From IMG/VR virus record IMGVR_UViG_3300025296_002718, positions 1 through 26,197 of that record: a stretch of DNA of 26,197 nt, one strand, 5' to 3'. The DNA is from a virus (Duplodnaviria; Caudoviricetes). The notes beneath the pieces were generated by a model that saw only the letters and a list, made by a program, of their open reading frames with translations, was not told the DNA's origin and ran no database searches. The position numbers and the translations under genes are program-made. Shown here piece after piece: positions 22,685 to 26,197 of the stretch; position 1 is the first letter of the stretch; each line of letters opens with the position of its first letter.

Positions 22685-24175
22685 ATGACCATGACGCCGC
22701 TAGAACAACTGATGAGTGAGATGGAGGGCTATAAGTCCTGGGCTACCGATAAGATAGCCGAGGGCCTTGCTCCTGTCCATGATGAAGTCCAGCGTGCTAC
22801 AGAACGCTTGGATGCAGCCATGAAGGGCCTGGATGAATGGCGTCGGAGCCAGCTGATCAAGATGGACTCCAGTGGGCGTCTGATTGTCCGCGAAGGTAAG
22901 TTCGCGGGACTCGGCTTCCTGGAACTGGCGATCGTGGAACATGTCCTGCGCCACCGTTCAACCAGTCGGCCTACTTTAGTACAGCAGACAACCATTGCGG
23001 AGTTGGATGTTGCCAGGAACCAACTAGCGCAATCCTTCAACTTCGATAGTGCCTTTGAGTGGGAAGAACATTGCCTGAAGCAGTTGCGCGTGGTGCGTGA
23101 GACCCAGGATATGGAAAGTGCGTCTCGGTTCAGGAACTCTCTAACTGAATGGCGGAGTCTGATGATCAGGGCGGTGCAGAAGGCAATGGATTCCACTACC
23201 TCTGGTGCAGGCGACGAATTGGTGCCTACCCTTGAGGCAGCCCAACTGTGGATGGATGTCAACCTCGAAGCTCGCGTCCTCCCGCTCTTCACGCAGTCGC
23301 CAATGCCAAGCAACCCCTTCGACATAGGCACCCAGATTGGTGATGTGAACTGGTATCCAACTACTGAAAACGTGCAGAGCACGACTACCACACCAACTAC
23401 TGCCAAGACTACTCTCACGGCCTATGGGCTGAAGGCGGGTATCCCGTTCTCCGATGAGCTGTCAGAGGACGCTGTAATAGCGATGGCAGCGGAGCTTCGG
23501 AGTACCTTGGCCCGGAATGCGTCAGAGGTAATCGACGATGTAATCCTGAACGGCGATACCACAGTCCTTAACGGTATCAACTCTGATGGTGTCACTATCG
23601 GCACGGACACGGCAGGTAAGGCCCAGTGGCTTCTGGGTTTTGATGGGTTGATACACCTACCCCTCATCGACAACACGAGCCAGGCCAAGGCGCACAGCAG
23701 CACACCCACTGCGGCCATGTTTAACAACAACGATATCAAACTGGGCAAATACACTGCCCCGGGTCGGCGTGGTGATGTGGTCCATATCAGCGACATCAAT
23801 ACTCATATTGCCTCACGGATTATCACCGAGGTCTTGACCGTGGACAAGATGGGGCCACGCGCTACTATCTCCAGCGGTGAACTCGCCAGTGTATTTGGCA
23901 CGCCCTACATTATGTCGGAGCAGATGAAGCTGGCAGATACAGATGGGAAGGTGACTGACTCCGGTGGGAACACCACTGGCCGTGTGCTTACCCTGAACAC
24001 GACCCAGTGGCGCATAGGAATAATGCGCCCCATCACATTTGAGGCTGATCGTGAGCCTGGAAAGAGCCAGACTACGCTCTACACCAGCATGAGGATAGCT
24101 CTGACAGAGCGAAGCGGCACCCGGTCCAGTGCGAGCCACACCGCCCTTCAGTATGACATATCCAGCGTGACCTAA
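22685..24175 (+). CDS. Major capsid protein (HK97 fold) with N-terminal scaffolding/delta domain
   Basis: Position after the protease; helical N-terminus then KAMDSTTSGAGDELVP; FSDELSEDA, IDDVILNGD, FDGL, G.L..VFG.P. Confidence 0.9.
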   Translation: MTMTPLEQLMSEMEGYKSWATDKIAEGLAPVHDEVQRATERLDAAMKGLDEWRRSQLIKMDSSGRLIVREGKFAGLGFLELAIVEHVLRHRSTSRPTLVQQTTIAELDVARNQLAQSFNFDSAFEWEEHCLKQLRVVRETQDMESASRFRNSLTEWRSLMIRAVQKAMDSTTSGAGDELVPTLEAAQLWMDVNLEARVLPLFTQSPMPSNPFDIGTQIGDVNWYPTTENVQSTTTTPTTAKTTLTAYGLKAGIPFSDELSEDAVIAMAAELRSTLARNASEVIDDVILNGDTTVLNGINSDGVTIGTDTAGKAQWLLGFDGLIHLPLIDNTSQAKAHSSTPTAAMFNNNDIKLGKYTAPGRRGDVVHISDINTHIASRIITEVLTVDKMGPRATISSGELASVFGTPYIMSEQMKLADTDGKVTDSGGNTTGRVLTLNTTQWRIGIMRPITFEADREPGKSQTTLYTSMRIALTERSGTRSSASHTALQYDISSVT

Positions 24176-24226
24176 GAGTTGGCCTCAACCTGAAATAGAG
24201 ATGACTGACAATAGGAGGATACGGAT

Positions 24227-24745
24227 ATGGCAGGTACATTGAAAAGGGACGCTCCCAGCGGAGAAACCCTGCGCAACATGCTCGCAGCTGGCACTGCGGG
24301 GTCTGCTAATGCTCTCGTAGTACATCCGGTAACGATAATAGTGCCTCTGAGCACAGCCGGTGGGACAGGTAACGCAGGCTTCTTCGCTTGGACCAATCCT
24401 GAGCAAAACACCACCATTCAGATTCAGGACCTTTCCGTGCATTTTCATACCACTGGCACCGGGACCTTTGACATGGGTGTCAGCGATGATGGCACTGGGT
24501 CCAATGACGACATCTTCAACGGTGGGACAATGGATACAAGTGTCAATCTAGCGCTTGTGGCTGTCCGGGGCGGGACTGGCACAGCTGGTGTGGGAACATC
24601 GGGCACCCTGTTAGGTGTCGCTGACAGGCTGGTGCTGGGGCCTGGTGGGAGTGGGACCAACAATTCAATCGTTGCCAAGACCAGCGAGACGGCTACAACT
24701 GCGTTGGGCAACGTAACCATCACCTATTTCGTGATGGGCCGGTAG
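24227..24745 (+). CDS. Probable capsid decoration/cement protein (Gly/Thr-rich)
   Basis: AGGAGG RBS, immediately after MCP, beta-rich with terminal VTITY. Confidence 0.55.
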   Translation: MAGTLKRDAPSGETLRNMLAAGTAGSANALVVHPVTIIVPLSTAGGTGNAGFFAWTNPEQNTTIQIQDLSVHFHTTGTGTFDMGVSDDGTGSNDDIFNGGTMDTSVNLALVAVRGGTGTAGVGTSGTLLGVADRLVLGPGGSGTNNSIVAKTSETATTALGNVTITYFVMGR

Positions 24746-24784
24746 CCTGGGGGCTTAATAGTCCAAATATAGTTAGGGGGACCC

Positions 24785-25054
24785 ATGCGTTTATACCCTC
24801 ATAAGGAGCATTGGTACACAGACGCCGCCAGGAGAACCGATTATCGGTTCATGCCTGACATGTGGCGGGAAGTCCCTGAGGATGTGGCCATATACATGGT
24901 GGACGCGCATCCAGACAAGTTCTGTATCCTTGAGGAAGATGAGGCAGCGGGCAAACACCGTTGCCCCAAGAGTGAGGGGGCTCTTGCATACGCAACTGAG
25001 GAAATGGAAGAGCCCCCTGTTGATCGCATGGCGACTGCGTCACACAAAAAGTAA
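24785..25054 (+). CDS. Hypothetical protein (head-completion region)
   Basis: GGGGG RBS; typical position. Confidence 0.6.
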   Translation: MRLYPHKEHWYTDAARRTDYRFMPDMWREVPEDVAIYMVDAHPDKFCILEEDEAAGKHRCPKSEGALAYATEEMEEPPVDRMATASHKK

Positions 25055-25065
25055 GGACACGATAG

Positions 25066-25773
25066 ATGAGCTCGCTAGTAGAAGGCGTACATGATGCCCT
25101 GGTGGGCAGCACCGACCCGGACAATAAGCTAGTCCGGGTCGGGTCGAAGTACAACGCCACTGCTCCTGCAGTGTCCGATGGAGATAACGTCTATATTCTG
25201 CTAGATGCTGCTGGCCGAGTGGTTGTGACCGGGCCTGTGGCGTCTGACGGTGTAGCTCTTGGCAATCCACTGCCAATAGGAGGCGATGTAGACGACACAA
25301 GCCCTGCTGCTGCTGCTGAAGGGGATCGGCGTGTCTTCCGGTCCACCCCCGAAGGCAACCAGATTGTCGAGCTCTACAAAGACAATAACGCACTGAGCCC
25401 CATCGCCGCTATGCCGGGAGCCAGTGAGGTCAAGGCGGACTTCGATGCTACTGGGGCAACGTCAACGACCCGTGAGACCCTTATAACTCCAACCAGCGGC
25501 AAGAAGATACGCATCATAGCAATTATGGCGACCCTAAATAGCGCCACAGCTGCTATCATCGGTCTCTACTTCGGCACTGGGGTCGACTACTCAACTAACC
25601 CTGGTAGTATTGTAGCTTTGTTCCTGTTAGACCTCACGGATCTCCCATCAGACAAAACCAATTTCCCCGATGGGGGAGGTCCTGTTGGGGCCGCTGACGA
25701 AGTCTTGTCAGTGGCTACAAATGTGGACATTGGGGCTAACGCTCAATTCGCCATTATCTACCGAGAGGAGTAA
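25066..25773 (+). CDS. Probable virion structural protein
   Basis: AAGGA RBS; G/A/D/T-rich, beta-rich C-terminal domain. Confidence 0.6.
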   Translation: MSSLVEGVHDALVGSTDPDNKLVRVGSKYNATAPAVSDGDNVYILLDAAGRVVVTGPVASDGVALGNPLPIGGDVDDTSPAAAAEGDRRVFRSTPEGNQIVELYKDNNALSPIAAMPGASEVKADFDATGATSTTRETLITPTSGKKIRIIAIMATLNSATAAIIGLYFGTGVDYSTNPGSIVALFLLDLTDLPSDKTNFPDGGGPVGAADEVLSVATNVDIGANAQFAIIYREE

Positions 25774-25775
25774 TC

Positions 25776-26126
25776 ATGCCGCCCACCATCATCAAAGCTA
25801 CCGACCACGGCTACCGTAAGATAATCAAAATATGCCTGAACCCTGATGACTCTCAATATGTACACAAGGACGGGAGCCCACACCCTGCGACCAACATAGA
25901 TGGATGTGTCAATGATCCTCCAGGCTCAGGCTTCTGTCAGTACAACTGGGAAGTCAGGGAGTTTACCTGGACTGACAAAGAGATGTATAAAACCAACTCA
26001 GAAGGCCAGCCTAAATTAAAGACATCAACAGAGTTGATTGCTGAGATGAAACAAACCCTTGCGGATGAGGCAGCTGCAGCCCTCTCTCCCACAAGCATCC
26101 CCGACCTTGAAGGGATTGAGGTGTAA
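25776..26126 (+). CDS. Hypothetical protein
   Basis: GAGGAG RBS, in operon. Confidence 0.65.
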   Translation: MPPTIIKATDHGYRKIIKICLNPDDSQYVHKDGSPHPATNIDGCVNDPPGSGFCQYNWEVREFTWTDKEMYKTNSEGQPKLKTSTELIAEMKQTLADEAAAALSPTSIPDLEGIEV

Positions 26127-26129
26127 TGG

Positions 26130-26197
26130 ATGCCCCATGCCTATGTCACGCTCGAAACCCTCAAATCCACAGGTGCCCTTAATTTAGGGACAGGGAC
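26130..26197 (+). CDS. Partial head-to-tail adaptor-like protein
   Basis: MPHAYVTLETLKSTG...; the Y.TL..LK N-terminus is typical of head-tail adaptors; truncated by the window end. Confidence 0.5.
   Translation, partial: MPHAYVTLETLKSTGALNLGTG

Larger units (their letters stand above)
1..26197 (+). mobile_element. Tailed dsDNA phage/prophage segment (DNA modification, packaging and head module)
   Basis: TerS-TerL-portal/MuF-protease-MCP order on one strand, dense overlapping ORFs. No integrase, att site or host housekeeping gene visible, so free phage vs prophage is undetermined. Confidence 0.95.

Noticed and set aside
1853-25559. Numerous minus-strand and alternate-frame ORFs in the track (e.g. 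6564-7097, 22729-23418, 8931-9389)
   Set aside because: They shadow well-supported + strand genes and lack motifs or RBS.
1-26197. CRISPR array, IS elements, introns/inteins, diversity-generating repeats
   Set aside because: No regularly spaced repeats, transposase, RT or intein motifs seen; TerL and MCP are of normal length.

Overview
A 26 kb, almost entirely + strand segment of a tailed dsDNA phage or prophage covering the packaging and head region. Order: RNA ligase, Com-like Zn ribbon, ParB-like protein, Mom-family adenine modifier, TerS, TerL, orphan DNA methyltransferase, HK97 portal-MuF fusion, a ~12 kb insert, prohead protease, HK97-fold major capsid protein and further virion genes. 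Two things stand out. (1) The last 75 nt of the mom coding sequence fold into a full-length tRNA-Gly-like cloverleaf (G1-C72/C2-G71/G3-C70, U73, encoded CCA, NCC anticodon, aberrant D/T arms). It is a candidate dedicated glycyl donor for Mom DNA hypermodification. (2) A near-complete nucleotide-sugar pathway (2 GT-A paralogs, ThDP E1 alpha/beta, radical SAM, nucleotidyltransferase-PfkB kinase, SDR, DegT aminotransferase, GmhA-like isomerase) sits between portal and protease, suggesting phage-made glycans, possibly on the virion. Also seen: a second tRNA-like element, two putative small RNAs/attenuator ahead of the protease, several small Zn-binding ORFs and a frameshifted membrane gene. All calls are by-eye motif recognition; no searches were run.
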